Below are positions 25,813-35,155 of a stretch of DNA of 64,000 nt, piece after piece (position 1 is the first letter of the stretch; each line of letters opens with the position of its first letter). The stretch lies in sequence record NC_048047.1. One strand, given 5' to 3'. A program made the position numbers and the translations under genes. The notes under the pieces are model-generated. The model saw only the letters and a list, made by a program, of their open reading frames with translations. It was not told where the DNA came from and ran no database searches.

Positions 25813-26646
25813 ATGTCGATCATCATGCCCGCCCGCAAGGACGCCGAGGGCAACTGGCCCGAGACGGCTTATACGCCGGTCGAGACCTTCACCGAGGGCT
25901 CCTATCCGACTACCCAGCGCTACGACCGCGAGGCCAAGAAGGACATCCTGGTCTATGACGAGTTCGACCCGGCCACTGGGCGCTACGTCCAGGTCACGCC
26001 GATGTTTGGCCCCTATCGTCGCAATCACCTCGTCGGCTATCGTCCGACCGAACGCTTTGAGTGCGTCATGGCCGAAACCCACAAGGGTCAGGTCCTGAGC
26101 CTGGGCGAGGTCAACGGCTATCACGACAGCGACTTCTACGCGATCGCCTGGAACCCTGAGAAGCCCGGCTACGAGCGCATCGAGTACGCCTCGACGCGCG
26201 GCTACACCTACCATTGCAGCGCCTATGTCGACGCCACGGACGACGTCCGCGCCGCCGCCCAGGCCTACGACGAGGAACAGACCCGTCTGCGGATCGAGGC
26301 GCGTGCGAAGGCCGTGGACGACGCGCGCGCGGACTACGCCAAGACGCTGGAGGTAGACACCTCGGTGATCTCGCGTCTGGAGCAGGCCTACGGGCAAATC
26401 GACCCGCGTCCCGTCTCAACCTACGGACGCTATGGCGGCCACTATACCTCGCTGTCGAGGGCCTATGGCTTCACCCGTGAATCCACGGCTCTCGACGCTG
26501 TCCTGGCGCTGATCATCAGCGCCAAGAAGGGTCGCCTGCGCAGCGAATTCAAGAAGAAGCTCGCCGCCCAGGTCATGGCTTGGCTGGCCGACCCCGCACC
26601 GAAGTACCCGACTCCGCTTTCCACCAAGCAACTCCAGCACGTCTAA
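25813..26646 (+). CDS. Conserved phage hypothetical protein
   Basis: NGYHDSDFYA...STRG...VDAT; GAGGAG RBS. Confidence 0.75.
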   Translation: MSIIMPARKDAEGNWPETAYTPVETFTEGSYPTTQRYDREAKKDILVYDEFDPATGRYVQVTPMFGPYRRNHLVGYRPTERFECVMAETHKGQVLSLGEVNGYHDSDFYAIAWNPEKPGYERIEYASTRGYTYHCSAYVDATDDVRAAAQAYDEEQTRLRIEARAKAVDDARADYAKTLEVDTSVISRLEQAYGQIDPRPVSTYGRYGGHYTSLSRAYGFTRESTALDAVLALIISAKKGRLRSEFKKKLAAQVMAWLADPAPKYPTPLSTKQLQHV

Positions 26647-26659
26647 GGGAGGACCTCCT

Positions 26660-27457
26660 TTGAAACACGCTCCGAACGGCCTTTGTCTTCACTGCGGCTC
26701 GGCCCTCAACCCCATGGACTGCTGCGACGTCTGCGGCGCCGACGCTGATCTGGCGGTCGATGCCGCCCTGGGCGGCCTGCTGCGGGACTATCCAGACCCG
26801 ATCACGATCGAGCACTGGATGGGTGAGGAAGACCCCTATGTCCTGCTGTCGGCGCGTAAATCCTTTGCGGTCGACGGCGACGCTGTTCGTCGGGCCTTCT
26901 GGGTGAGCAACATCGATTTGGGCATCAACGCCGACGGCGTGACCGACGTCACCATCGCCTTCCGCGACGCGCTGTGCTTCACCCGCAAGATGGCTGAAGG
27001 CCTCATGGAGACCTACAAAGGCGAATACATCGCCGTGCCCTATGAGGTCGCGCGACGCATCAACACCCTGAGCAACCGCTTCCACTACATCCGGGGTGAG
27101 TACGCCAAGGGCATCGCCCAGGGCCACGAGGAAGTGACCCTCGATCGCCGGACCATGCTGCTCGACATGTACCGCAGCGACGCCTACGTGCTGCTGACGG
27201 AGCATGCCCTGTGGAAGCCACGCGCCTTCATGTGGTCGAAGGCCAACGACAGGACCGACAACACGCCGCACCTGACCGAAGCCGGCGCCTACGACTGGGA
27301 CGAAGCGCGGATGGTCCGCAGCCTGATGCCCTCGTCGTTTTTCATCCTGCCCTGTGATCTCGCCGGCCGGCTGGTCTATCTCGACATCTACACCCAATCG
27401 CTGGTCGAAAACGTCACCGGCGGCATCCTGACCCTCAAAATGGGAGAACCCGCTTGA
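26660..27457 (+). CDS. Hypothetical protein
   Basis: TTG after GGAGG; N-terminal CxxC motifs. Confidence 0.75.
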   Translation: MKHAPNGLCLHCGSALNPMDCCDVCGADADLAVDAALGGLLRDYPDPITIEHWMGEEDPYVLLSARKSFAVDGDAVRRAFWVSNIDLGINADGVTDVTIAFRDALCFTRKMAEGLMETYKGEYIAVPYEVARRINTLSNRFHYIRGEYAKGIAQGHEEVTLDRRTMLLDMYRSDAYVLLTEHALWKPRAFMWSKANDRTDNTPHLTEAGAYDWDEARMVRSLMPSSFFILPCDLAGRLVYLDIYTQSLVENVTGGILTLKMGEPA

Positions 27458-28413
27458 CCTTCATCGATAATACCCAGCCCGTCGAGAGCGGCAACTTCGC
27501 CATCATGTGGAGCGGAGGCGCCTTCGAGGTCTTCGAACTGCGCTCCCAGTTTCGCGAGAAGCAAGGCGACGGTACGATCCTTCGCTTCAATGCCTACGAG
27601 GTCACCGACCCCTATCCGATTATCCTGAACGCGCGAGAGATCACCGCCCGCTACGACGACAAGGACGAGGCGCTGCTGTGCGCCGAGACCGCCAGGGCGG
27701 CCTGGAAGGGCGGTGACGACGCGCTGAAGGAACTGCAAGACGAGTTCGACCGCAAGAAGAAGCTGCTCACCGAGCGCCGCGACCGCTACGCCCGCGATCT
27801 GGCGATCGCCGGCCGCGAGAAGATCGACGCCGGCACCATCAAGCCGATGCCGATCCCGCTAAGCGATCGCGAAATCGATCGCGAGATGGAAGCGTCCTAT
27901 CGCCAGGACGCTGCCGTCGAGAGCGCGCTGGGCAACATCACCGAGGTCCTACCGCCGGTCTGCGAGTTCCCCGGCATGCCGGACTCCTGGTACGAGAAGC
28001 CCGTCTGCTTCGTTGAGTGGGCCAGAGAGGACGGTGACCCGTCCGTCGGCATCCCCGGCTGGCACGGCCTCGTCCTCAAGCCCGATCAAACCGGCACGAT
28101 CCTGGGCGACATCCTCGCCGACCTGAAGGACGACGTCGACGCGGCGCCGGCCGAGGGCCAGGAAGTCGTCACCGCACCGGCTGGCGTCTCCAAGCTCTAC
28201 ACGCGACTGGAAGCGGCCGAGGCGGTGATCGCCCTGCTGACCTCCATGATGGAGGACCAGACCTCGACCCACATGCGGTTCGAATCCGATCAAGCCGCCT
28301 ACAAGGATCGCGTCCGGGTCCTGATGGCCTATGTCGAGGGCAACGCCAATCGGCTGGTCGAAGCGCTAGGCGTCTGGGAAGAAGCCGTCGAAGCCATGAA
28401 GGAAACCGCATGA
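27454..28413 (+). CDS. Hypothetical protein
   Basis: 319 aa; TTGA coupling; GDPSVGI motif. Confidence 0.75.
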   Translation: MTFIDNTQPVESGNFAIMWSGGAFEVFELRSQFREKQGDGTILRFNAYEVTDPYPIILNAREITARYDDKDEALLCAETARAAWKGGDDALKELQDEFDRKKKLLTERRDRYARDLAIAGREKIDAGTIKPMPIPLSDREIDREMEASYRQDAAVESALGNITEVLPPVCEFPGMPDSWYEKPVCFVEWAREDGDPSVGIPGWHGLVLKPDQTGTILGDILADLKDDVDAAPAEGQEVVTAPAGVSKLYTRLEAAEAVIALLTSMMEDQTSTHMRFESDQAAYKDRVRVLMAYVEGNANRLVEALGVWEEAVEAMKETA

Positions 28414-28907
28414 CCGCCATCTACGACAAGCCCACCGTGCTCCAGCGCGTCCGCTTCGCCCAGAAGCTGATCCGCGCCATCCCGGATGACGGCGACGCCA
28501 TGCTGCCGGACACCAACGCCGCCATGGCCCAGGACGCGGTCATCAACCTGATCGTGGCCTACAACCTGATCAGCGACGAGGTGGACTTCAAGTCGGCCCG
28601 CGTGGCGGTGACGTCAGATACCAGCCGCAAGCAGCCGCCGGTCCTGATGGACCCGATCGCTCTGCGCGTGCCCGCAGGCCCGCTCACGATCGTCATGGGC
28701 GCCATCCGCAACTACGACATGCTCGCCGCCGGCCGCTTCGATGCGATCATCGGCCTGCTGACGATGCCGGGCTTTTTGAGCCCCAATCGCAAGTACGCCG
28801 CCTTGTCGTTCGACGACATGAAGGAACTCGATCGCCTGGATCGGGTACGCCTGTCGTACCTGCTGCTGGACCTGATCGAGGTCTTCACCTACGGCTTCAT
28901 CGCCTAA
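28410..28907 (+). CDS. Hypothetical protein
   Basis: ATGA coupling. Confidence 0.75.
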   Translation: MTAIYDKPTVLQRVRFAQKLIRAIPDDGDAMLPDTNAAMAQDAVINLIVAYNLISDEVDFKSARVAVTSDTSRKQPPVLMDPIALRVPAGPLTIVMGAIRNYDMLAAGRFDAIIGLLTMPGFLSPNRKYAALSFDDMKELDRLDRVRLSYLLLDLIEVFTYGFIA

Positions 28908-28927
28908 CTACAAGAAAACTGTTGACA
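28908..28927 (+). promoter_or_regulatory. Class I promoter (CTACAAGAAAACTGTTGACA)
   Basis: Repeat motif, N16, CTAAAA. Confidence 0.8.
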
Positions 28928-28979
28928 CCCGTCTAAGGGGTCTCTAAAAGACGCTCATCCGCCGCTAGAGGAGACCCCG

Positions 28980-29345
28980 ATGACCACCGAAGCCGCCATC
29001 AACGCCAAGCCCTTCATCCTCACCCACGACGGTGGCGGCCAGATTCGCATCTGGGAAGTCAAGGGTCTGCGCGCACGCGGTGAACGTGAACCGGGCGTCT
29101 TCGAGATCGACATCGCCGACACCGAGGAGAACAACTCCACGTCGATCCGCAGTGACGACTTCGACACGATCTTCGCCACGGCGCCGACCATCGAAATGGC
29201 CAAGCTCGCCCGTCGCGCCGCCCAGGGTACCTGGGAGAGCCACGAGCGCACGATCGCCTCGATCTCCAACGCCCTGCAAAACGCCCGCAACAACCAGTGG
29301 GCCGAGTTCAAGGCGGTCGCCCGCATGATCGTCGAGGTCCTGTAG
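28980..29345 (+). CDS. Hypothetical protein
   Basis: GAGGAG RBS. Confidence 0.75.
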   Translation: MTTEAAINAKPFILTHDGGGQIRIWEVKGLRARGEREPGVFEIDIADTEENNSTSIRSDDFDTIFATAPTIEMAKLARRAAQGTWESHERTIASISNALQNARNNQWAEFKAVARMIVEVL

Positions 29346-29348
29346 GCC

Positions 29349-29720
29349 ATGACCGACCATCCGCTCGTCATTCGCCGCGACGCCATCAAGAAGCTCCACG
29401 TCGCTGTTGCGGCGCTGACCGGCTGGGGTCGCCAAAGCTACCACCTGGGCGCCAACGCCCTGCGGATCGCGCTGGAGCGCGCCATGTCGACGGAAGACGA
29501 CGGTAAGTGGCGCTACGAAGCTCTAGGTTTTGTCGAAGGCACCCGCCAAGCCCTGGAGGGCATGTCGGACACCTACTGCGACATCCCCTGCGATCCACTC
29601 TACGCCGCCCTTTCTCACGCGCGGGACCTCCTGCGCTGGGAACAGCCCAAGCACTACGACGCGGTGATGACCGACATCGCCCCGACCGTAAAAGCCCTGG
29701 AGGACCTCGCCCGTGGTTGA
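29349..29720 (+). CDS. Hypothetical protein, tandem paralogue A
   Basis: WRYEALGFVEGTR. Confidence 0.75.
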   Translation: MTDHPLVIRRDAIKKLHVAVAALTGWGRQSYHLGANALRIALERAMSTEDDGKWRYEALGFVEGTRQALEGMSDTYCDIPCDPLYAALSHARDLLRWEQPKHYDAVMTDIAPTVKALEDLARG

Positions 29721-30099
29721 GTTCACCGCCATCACCGTCGACGACCGTCGCCAGCAGGTCCTGCGCGCCATCCGTGACGCCGTTGTGCGTCATCGCACCG
29801 ACAAGAAGCCCTGGACCCATCCGACGTTCGAGGCCATCCGCGACGCGGCCGACGCCGGCGCCAAGGATCGCATCTGGCGCATGGAAGCGGCCGGCTATGT
29901 CGACGGCACCCGCAACACCCTCCTGCGCCTGCGCAGCAACTTCGTGCTGCCCCAGGGCCTGGACATGCAACCCATGCTCGACGCCCTCATCCAGGTCTAT
30001 CAGGTCCTGGAGGTCGAGGACCTCGCCGCCCTGAAATTGGAGGAGACCGGCGTCCACCGGGTCCTCGACGTTCTGGAAAGGACCCGCCCTCGTGACTGA
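29713..30099 (+). CDS. Hypothetical protein, tandem paralogue B
   Basis: WRMEAAGYVDGTR. Confidence 0.75.
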   Translation: MVEFTAITVDDRRQQVLRAIRDAVVRHRTDKKPWTHPTFEAIRDAADAGAKDRIWRMEAAGYVDGTRNTLLRLRSNFVLPQGLDMQPMLDALIQVYQVLEVEDLAALKLEETGVHRVLDVLERTRPRD

Positions 30100-30538
30100 T
30101 CCGATCCCCGACCGCCTGAGCCGCAACGCCGAAAACGGCGTCTGGAACCTCTACGACTGCAATCTGAACCGATTGCTGACGGACGCGGACTTCGCCCACG
30201 CGGGCGTGACGGTCGCCGAAGTTGGCACCGCGCTCGACTCGGGCCACTACAAGTTCTACAGCCTGGGCGAGCCGGGCGACTGGACGCGTCGCGATGTCGT
30301 GCGGGCTGGCACCCTGGATTTCCCGGTGCGCGGCGTGACGATCGAACTGGCGGCCATCCGCACCTGGATGGACACCGAATGGGTGAAGCGCGAGGCGGAC
30401 AAAGCGAAGGCGGCAGCCGCAGCGGAGTTCGTCGACGCGATCAAGTCCCAGATGGAAGCCGCCGCCATCACCCACGAGGACGTCATCCTGCACCTGACCC
30501 CCGGTCAGCAGCAGATGCTGAAGGAGTACCTGAAGTGA
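30092..30538 (+). CDS. Hypothetical protein
   Basis: Coupled ORF. Confidence 0.75.
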   Translation: MTDPIPDRLSRNAENGVWNLYDCNLNRLLTDADFAHAGVTVAEVGTALDSGHYKFYSLGEPGDWTRRDVVRAGTLDFPVRGVTIELAAIRTWMDTEWVKREADKAKAAAAAEFVDAIKSQMEAAAITHEDVILHLTPGQQQMLKEYLK

Positions 30539-30900
30539 CCAACATCCATGCCTTCTCCGAAGCCCTCTACGAGAGCCGTGACACCATGCGCGGCGTGGCG
30601 GGCGGTCTGGCGCACCTCGCCGGCGCCTTCATGATGACGGGCAACGCCAAGGTCGCCGAGGAACTCTACGATCTGTGCAACGTCCTGGACAAGCAGGTCG
30701 ACCGGCTGATGTCGGCCTACAGCCAGAAGGTCAACGACGACATGCGCGCCTCCGAGCAGGCGACCGCGACCATGCTGCTGGGTATCGCCGGCGGCATGAA
30801 GGTCGCGGGCGGCCTCTCGCCCGAGAGCGAGGACGTCATGTTCGCTCTGGCCGAATCCGTCTCGCCGGGCATCACCATCCCGATCCGCGAGGCCGTCTAG
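30535..30900 (+). CDS. Hypothetical protein
   Basis: GTGA coupling at 30535. Confidence 0.7.
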   Translation: MTNIHAFSEALYESRDTMRGVAGGLAHLAGAFMMTGNAKVAEELYDLCNVLDKQVDRLMSAYSQKVNDDMRASEQATATMLLGIAGGMKVAGGLSPESEDVMFALAESVSPGITIPIREAV

Positions 30901-30902
30901 CC

Positions 30903-31319
30903 TTGAACGACACCACCAATCCGGCGCATACCCGCGCCAGTCAGATCAGGGCGCTGTCGACCTGTCTCGACAAGTTCGTGGCGCGGTTCGACACGCCGTC
31001 CAAGCGCCGCCTGATGCCCTTCTATCTTCAGCCGGCCGCCGAGATGGTCCGAGAGTCCCTGACCGCGACGCGCGCCGACAGCATGATGGCGCGCAAGGAG
31101 TGGGGCCTGAAGCTGATGGGAGCCCATGCGCTGCTCGGCGTGCATCCCAAGGACGCGGTGGCGCCCCTGGTGACCCAGGTCCTGGATCATGCCGCCTACG
31201 TCATGTTGGCCGAGACGACCAACCGGATGAAGGAGCGCTGGGACCCTATCAACACCCTCGTCGCCAAGGTGGCGGCGATCAAGATCGACCCGCCGGTCTC
31301 GACTCCCGTCAAGGCCTAG
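30903..31319 (+). CDS. Hypothetical protein
   Basis: TTG 30903 after GAGG. Confidence 0.65.
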   Translation: MNDTTNPAHTRASQIRALSTCLDKFVARFDTPSKRRLMPFYLQPAAEMVRESLTATRADSMMARKEWGLKLMGAHALLGVHPKDAVAPLVTQVLDHAAYVMLAETTNRMKERWDPINTLVAKVAAIKIDPPVSTPVKA

Positions 31320-31334
31320 CTGAAGGAGCCTACG

Positions 31335-31571
31335 ATGAGCCAGAACACCCATCCCACCTTCCGCCTCCAGATCACCGTCCGTGATTATCTGCCGTTCGAG
31401 GTTTTCGGTGATTCACCCGAAGACGTCATGACCCAGTTCACCGACGCGGTCCATCGCAAGGCCAAGATCGGTGGCTGGAGCGCGCACGCCCAGCACGAAA
31501 TCGACCGCATCCGCCCCGAGTGGATCGAGGAACTACGTCATGGCGTGACGATCGAAGGCGAGCCTTTCTGA
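31335..31571 (+). CDS. Hypothetical protein
   Basis: GGAG RBS. Confidence 0.7.
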   Translation: MSQNTHPTFRLQITVRDYLPFEVFGDSPEDVMTQFTDAVHRKAKIGGWSAHAQHEIDRIRPEWIEELRHGVTIEGEPF

Positions 31572-31576
31572 TCCTG

Positions 31577-31593
31577 CAAGAAAGCTGTTGACA
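31577..31593 (+). promoter_or_regulatory. Class I promoter (CAAGAAAGCTGTTGACA)
   Basis: Repeat motif, N16, CTAAAA. Confidence 0.8.
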
Positions 31594-31639
31594 CGGCGGT
31601 GATGGCCTCCTAAAACGGGTTCAACGAAAGGAGGCCCTC

Positions 31640-31885
31640 ATGGCTGAGTTCCATGTCATCTGCCGTCGGGACGGTCGCGAGCGCGATCGCGCCGACTTCG
31701 AGTCCCTGGCCCAGGCCAAGACGCGCGCCACCCGCTACGCCGAGCGCGAGGCGATGATTCAGGGCATCCTGCATACGGACGAGTTCGAGGCCGCCAAGGA
31801 CGCGATCCAGGCTTTCAAGCCGGGATGCTTCAAGGGCGTCCAGATCGGCGCCAACGCCGTCGTGCGGATCGAGGATCACTCGTGA
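31640..31885 (+). CDS. Hypothetical protein
   Basis: GGAGG RBS. Confidence 0.75.
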   Translation: MAEFHVICRRDGRERDRADFESLAQAKTRATRYAEREAMIQGILHTDEFEAAKDAIQAFKPGCFKGVQIGANAVVRIEDHS

Positions 31886-32175
31886 AGCTGTTCGTCTGGC
31901 AAGGCGGCGACGTCGTTCGCGACTATAGCAGCGGCATGGTCGTGATCTTGGCCGAGAACGAGGCCGTCGCCTGGGACAAGTTGCGACAAGCCCATCTGCG
32001 GGCTTTCGTTCAATTGGTCACCGGCCATCACTTCTGCGTCGATCACCCCGAGGAACTGGTGCTCTACTGGGAAGACCTGGAGCCTGATGAGATGATCAGG
32101 CCGGGCTTCCCGATCCTGCCGGTGGCCTACGACATCAATCAGGCGCCCGTGCTGGTTCAATGGGGAGGCGGCTGA
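31882..32175 (+). CDS. Hypothetical protein
   Basis: GTGA coupling at 31882. Confidence 0.7.
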   Translation: MKLFVWQGGDVVRDYSSGMVVILAENEAVAWDKLRQAHLRAFVQLVTGHHFCVDHPEELVLYWEDLEPDEMIRPGFPILPVAYDINQAPVLVQWGGG

Positions 32176-32546
32176 TGGCCATTCCGACCTACACGATCGA
32201 ACGCGACATCGACGACACCCGTCAACGGGACTTGATGTCCCTGGCCTACGAGTGGTTCGACAACGGTATCGGCAAGGCCATGTACCAGTTCGCCGGCGGC
32301 CGTCCCTGTGACGGACGCAAGCTGCTGGCGGAGGCTAAGACAACTCTTCGGGTCGCCCAGGCAACCAATCACCGCGACGTGCCTCGCTTGGTTGAACTCG
32401 TCGACTACGCCGCCGCGCAGGTGGCCTATGCCCGCCTGCGCATCAAGACTCGCGTCCTGCTGATCGAGGCGGCCAAAGCCGGCGTCGACAAGCACGAAGT
32501 GAAAGCCTGGATGGAGGAAGCCTATGCTGACCAACCGCGTGCCTGA
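32175..32546 (+). CDS. Hypothetical protein
   Basis: TGATG coupling, GGAGG RBS. Confidence 0.7.
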   Translation: MAIPTYTIERDIDDTRQRDLMSLAYEWFDNGIGKAMYQFAGGRPCDGRKLLAEAKTTLRVAQATNHRDVPRLVELVDYAAAQVAYARLRIKTRVLLIEAAKAGVDKHEVKAWMEEAYADQPRA

Positions 32547-32787
32547 CTTCATGCTCGATCCCGTGACCGGGGTGGGGCCGACCATCAAGCAGCGCATGGT
32601 CGAGCGCCTGCGCATCCGACAGGACCTCGAACGGGAGCATCCTGGCTGGAAGGTCCAAAGCACTACCGAATCGCGTACGGGCTGGATCGAAGCCGTCATG
32701 TTCAAGGATGGCGAAACCTTCCCCAAGCGCGTCTCCTGGAACCGCGACGCCTATCTGGGCCGGCAGTTCCTCCTACCCTTCAACTAG
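32524..32787 (+). CDS. Hypothetical protein
   Basis: GGAGG RBS. Confidence 0.7.
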   Translation: MLTNRVPDFMLDPVTGVGPTIKQRMVERLRIRQDLEREHPGWKVQSTTESRTGWIEAVMFKDGETFPKRVSWNRDAYLGRQFLLPFN

Positions 32788-32796
32788 GAGGCCCCA

Positions 32797-33012
32797 ATGG
32801 GCTGGAAATCGACCCAGCGCCTGACCCGTCAGGACGCTGAAGAACGCTATCTCCGCTTTCGGCTCGCCGACCCGGACCTGATCCGTTCCATCCGCGCCGA
32901 GGCGGTGATGATGAACGATACGGCCCTCGAAGACGCGCTGGAGCGCCTCGCAGAACAGAACCATGAATCCGGCTACAACTACCTCATCACCGCCTACCCC
33001 GACGAAGACTAA
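32797..33012 (+). CDS. Hypothetical protein
   Basis: GGAGG RBS. Confidence 0.7.
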   Translation: MGWKSTQRLTRQDAEERYLRFRLADPDLIRSIRAEAVMMNDTALEDALERLAEQNHESGYNYLITAYPDED

Positions 33013-33062
33013 GTTCGTCCTGGTGCTGGGACAGCCACGTCAGGCTCTCTGGCGGCGAGCGG

Positions 33063-33115
33063 CAAGAAAACTGTTGACACGCCTGCTCTAGGTCCCCTAG
33101 AACGGGCGTGTCAAC
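33063..33115 (+). promoter_or_regulatory. Class I promoter within an inverted repeat (mirror-image promoter on the minus strand)
   Basis: GTTGACACGCC-tgct-CTAG-gtccc-CTAG-aacg-GGCGTGTCAAC. Confidence 0.8.
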
Positions 33116-33132
33116 GAAAGAGGAGACACCCC

Positions 33133-33996
33133 GTGGCCAAGGCCGAGAACGTGAGCGTCGTGCTCATCATCTACAAGCTCTACGAGACCGACAGCGCCGT
33201 CGCCGTCAATGCCGGGGAGCTTCAGATGCAGCGTGACAATCCGCGCGGCCTTGCCTATCTGCCCAAGAGCCAGATCATCGTCGGCAAGCCACTGGCCGGC
33301 CATGAGGACAAAGTCCGCTCGCGTGGCGTGCCCATGAAGGTCGCCGAGCGCCTGGGCATCTCCTTGACGGGCTACTATGCCGTCTTCGCCTCAGGCGGTG
33401 AGGTGACCTCGCGGGTCGAGTGGTGCCCCGTCACCATGCCCAAATGGCTGGCCGATAAGAACGGCTGGACCCATCAATCGGCTGAGGACATGGTCGCGGT
33501 CTGCAAGACCTGGGCCTATACCGACATCACGGTGCAGCAGGCCCTGGAGGCGATCGCCTCGCCGGGTGATCTGGCCCTCGCCCGCAAGGCCGCGAGAGAG
33601 GCCAAGGACCCTACCCAGGAGCGCCTGGGCAAAGCCCTCGATAGCTTGATGAACCTGCCTGCAACCGAGCCGGTCGCCTGGGAGGCCAAGGAGACCGGCT
33701 ATTACTGGATCGCGCTCAACGACCACATCGACTTCTATCCCGTGGGCAAGGCGCGTCCTTTCCTGGTCAAGGTCGAGGTTGAAGAGGCCTATGCCATGGT
33801 AACCTCCGTCGACGGCCGGCTCCACTTCGAGTTCGACATGACCGTCAAGGACCGTCCGCGCAACCAGTACAAGATCGCCTTCTCCGGCAACATCGCCGGC
33901 GCCATCCCCACCACCACCTGGGAATGGCTGGGCGTGACCTGGATCAGCGAGGTCCACCCGCCGGCCATGCCCAAGGAGCTTGCCCTGTGCGAGTAA
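33133..33996 (+). CDS. Hypothetical protein
   Basis: GTG after GAGGAG; ETD.AV...YLPKSQI...MPKWLA phage motif. Confidence 0.75.
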   Translation: MAKAENVSVVLIIYKLYETDSAVAVNAGELQMQRDNPRGLAYLPKSQIIVGKPLAGHEDKVRSRGVPMKVAERLGISLTGYYAVFASGGEVTSRVEWCPVTMPKWLADKNGWTHQSAEDMVAVCKTWAYTDITVQQALEAIASPGDLALARKAAREAKDPTQERLGKALDSLMNLPATEPVAWEAKETGYYWIALNDHIDFYPVGKARPFLVKVEVEEAYAMVTSVDGRLHFEFDMTVKDRPRNQYKIAFSGNIAGAIPTTTWEWLGVTWISEVHPPAMPKELALCE

Positions 33997-34244
33997 ACCA
34001 GAGGAAGCCTTCCATCCTGCGTTGGGTCGAGGACCGAGGCGGCGCCATGGGCTATCTCGGCGACATCTACGTCGCCCATGTCGCTGACTATGGGACCGGC
34101 AAGCGCTACTGGCGCACCGAGTTCGCCGCGCCGGGCTTTAACCGGGCGGGCAAGGGCATCGGCGAAGCCTACTGCCGACGGCAAGCCGAAAGGCGATCCA
34201 GAACTGGTTGGACGCGGCCGGCCTTGCGATCAAGTCGACGGTAG
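33987..34244 (+). CDS. Hypothetical protein (start uncertain)
   Basis: GTG 33987 after GGAG. Confidence 0.55.
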   Translation: MRVNQRKPSILRWVEDRGGAMGYLGDIYVAHVADYGTGKRYWRTEFAAPGFNRAGKGIGEAYCRRQAERRSRTGWTRPALRSSRR

Positions 34245-34280
34245 AGTAAGCAAGGACGTCACCACGATAGAAGAAACGAC

Positions 34281-34517
34281 ATGCCACACGTTGTCACCGT
34301 TGAGGACGCCATGGCGATCCTGGCGTCCATGCCCAAGAAGGCCGTCCTGGTGATTGGCAACGAGTGCGTCGCCGGCCTGTCCCTGCAAGAGGGCCGGGTC
34401 CGCGAAGGCTACTACAACAAGTCGTTCAAACCGCTCGAAGGCGGTCGTGATCAGGCCGTGCGCTTCACGACCGTCACCGAACTTTCCACCGGCGAAGTCA
34501 CTGAGGTGCCCCTATGA
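34281..34517 (+). CDS. Hypothetical protein
   Basis: Co-directional ORF, GC3 bias. Confidence 0.7.
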   Translation: MPHVVTVEDAMAILASMPKKAVLVIGNECVAGLSLQEGRVREGYYNKSFKPLEGGRDQAVRFTTVTELSTGEVTEVPL

Positions 34518-35155
34518 TCGGCGCGTTCGATCTCCTGCTGCGCAAGGCCGGCGCCGTGCGCTTCTCGGTCAACGAGAACCGAAGCTACTACGAAACGGCC
34601 GCGATCGACTTCCACAAGCACATGATGCTGCCGGAGGAATGGTCGAACACGATCGAGAAGGCCATGATCGAAACCCTGGGCGCCCAGAAGGACTCGCCCA
34701 TCACGACGACCAAGATTTTCCTGCGCGACGAGGTCCAGGGCAAGGAACGTTCCTTCACCGCCGGCGTCAACCCGGCGCTCGTGATCGCCAGGGCTCTTGA
34801 TCGCTGGCGTCTTGAAACCGGGAACCTCGATCCGATCACGGACTTCGCGGCCGACGAGATGTTGGAGTTGGAACAGGCGATGATCTACCTGACGGTAGAG
34901 TCCGTCTCCTGGTACATCGACGGCAACGAGCATCTGCGCGACGGCGCGTCCACATACGCCGAGATCGTCCGTGACTATCCAGGCTCTTTTCCGACCTGGG
35001 TCGGCGAGCCTGTTGCTGACGACTACACCGGCGACATCATGATCCTGACCTTCTATCCCGATACACCCATCGGCTCCTACCGAATGGCGGCTGCGACGCT
35101 GCCGGAAGTCCTACGAGCCGCCCACGCCCTGATGAGAGAATTGCGCGGACAATGA
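34514..35155 (+). CDS. Hypothetical protein
   Basis: Coupled; C-terminal FYPDTPIG phage motif. Confidence 0.75.
   Translation: MIGAFDLLLRKAGAVRFSVNENRSYYETAAIDFHKHMMLPEEWSNTIEKAMIETLGAQKDSPITTTKIFLRDEVQGKERSFTAGVNPALVIARALDRWRLETGNLDPITDFAADEMLELEQAMIYLTVESVSWYIDGNEHLRDGASTYAEIVRDYPGSFPTWVGEPVADDYTGDIMILTFYPDTPIGSYRMAAATLPEVLRAAHALMRELRGQ

Noticed and set aside
28277-28287. GGTTCGAATCC T-loop-like sequence
   Set aside because: Lies inside CDS 27454..28413 with no acceptor, D or anticodon stems; I found no tRNA gene in the window.
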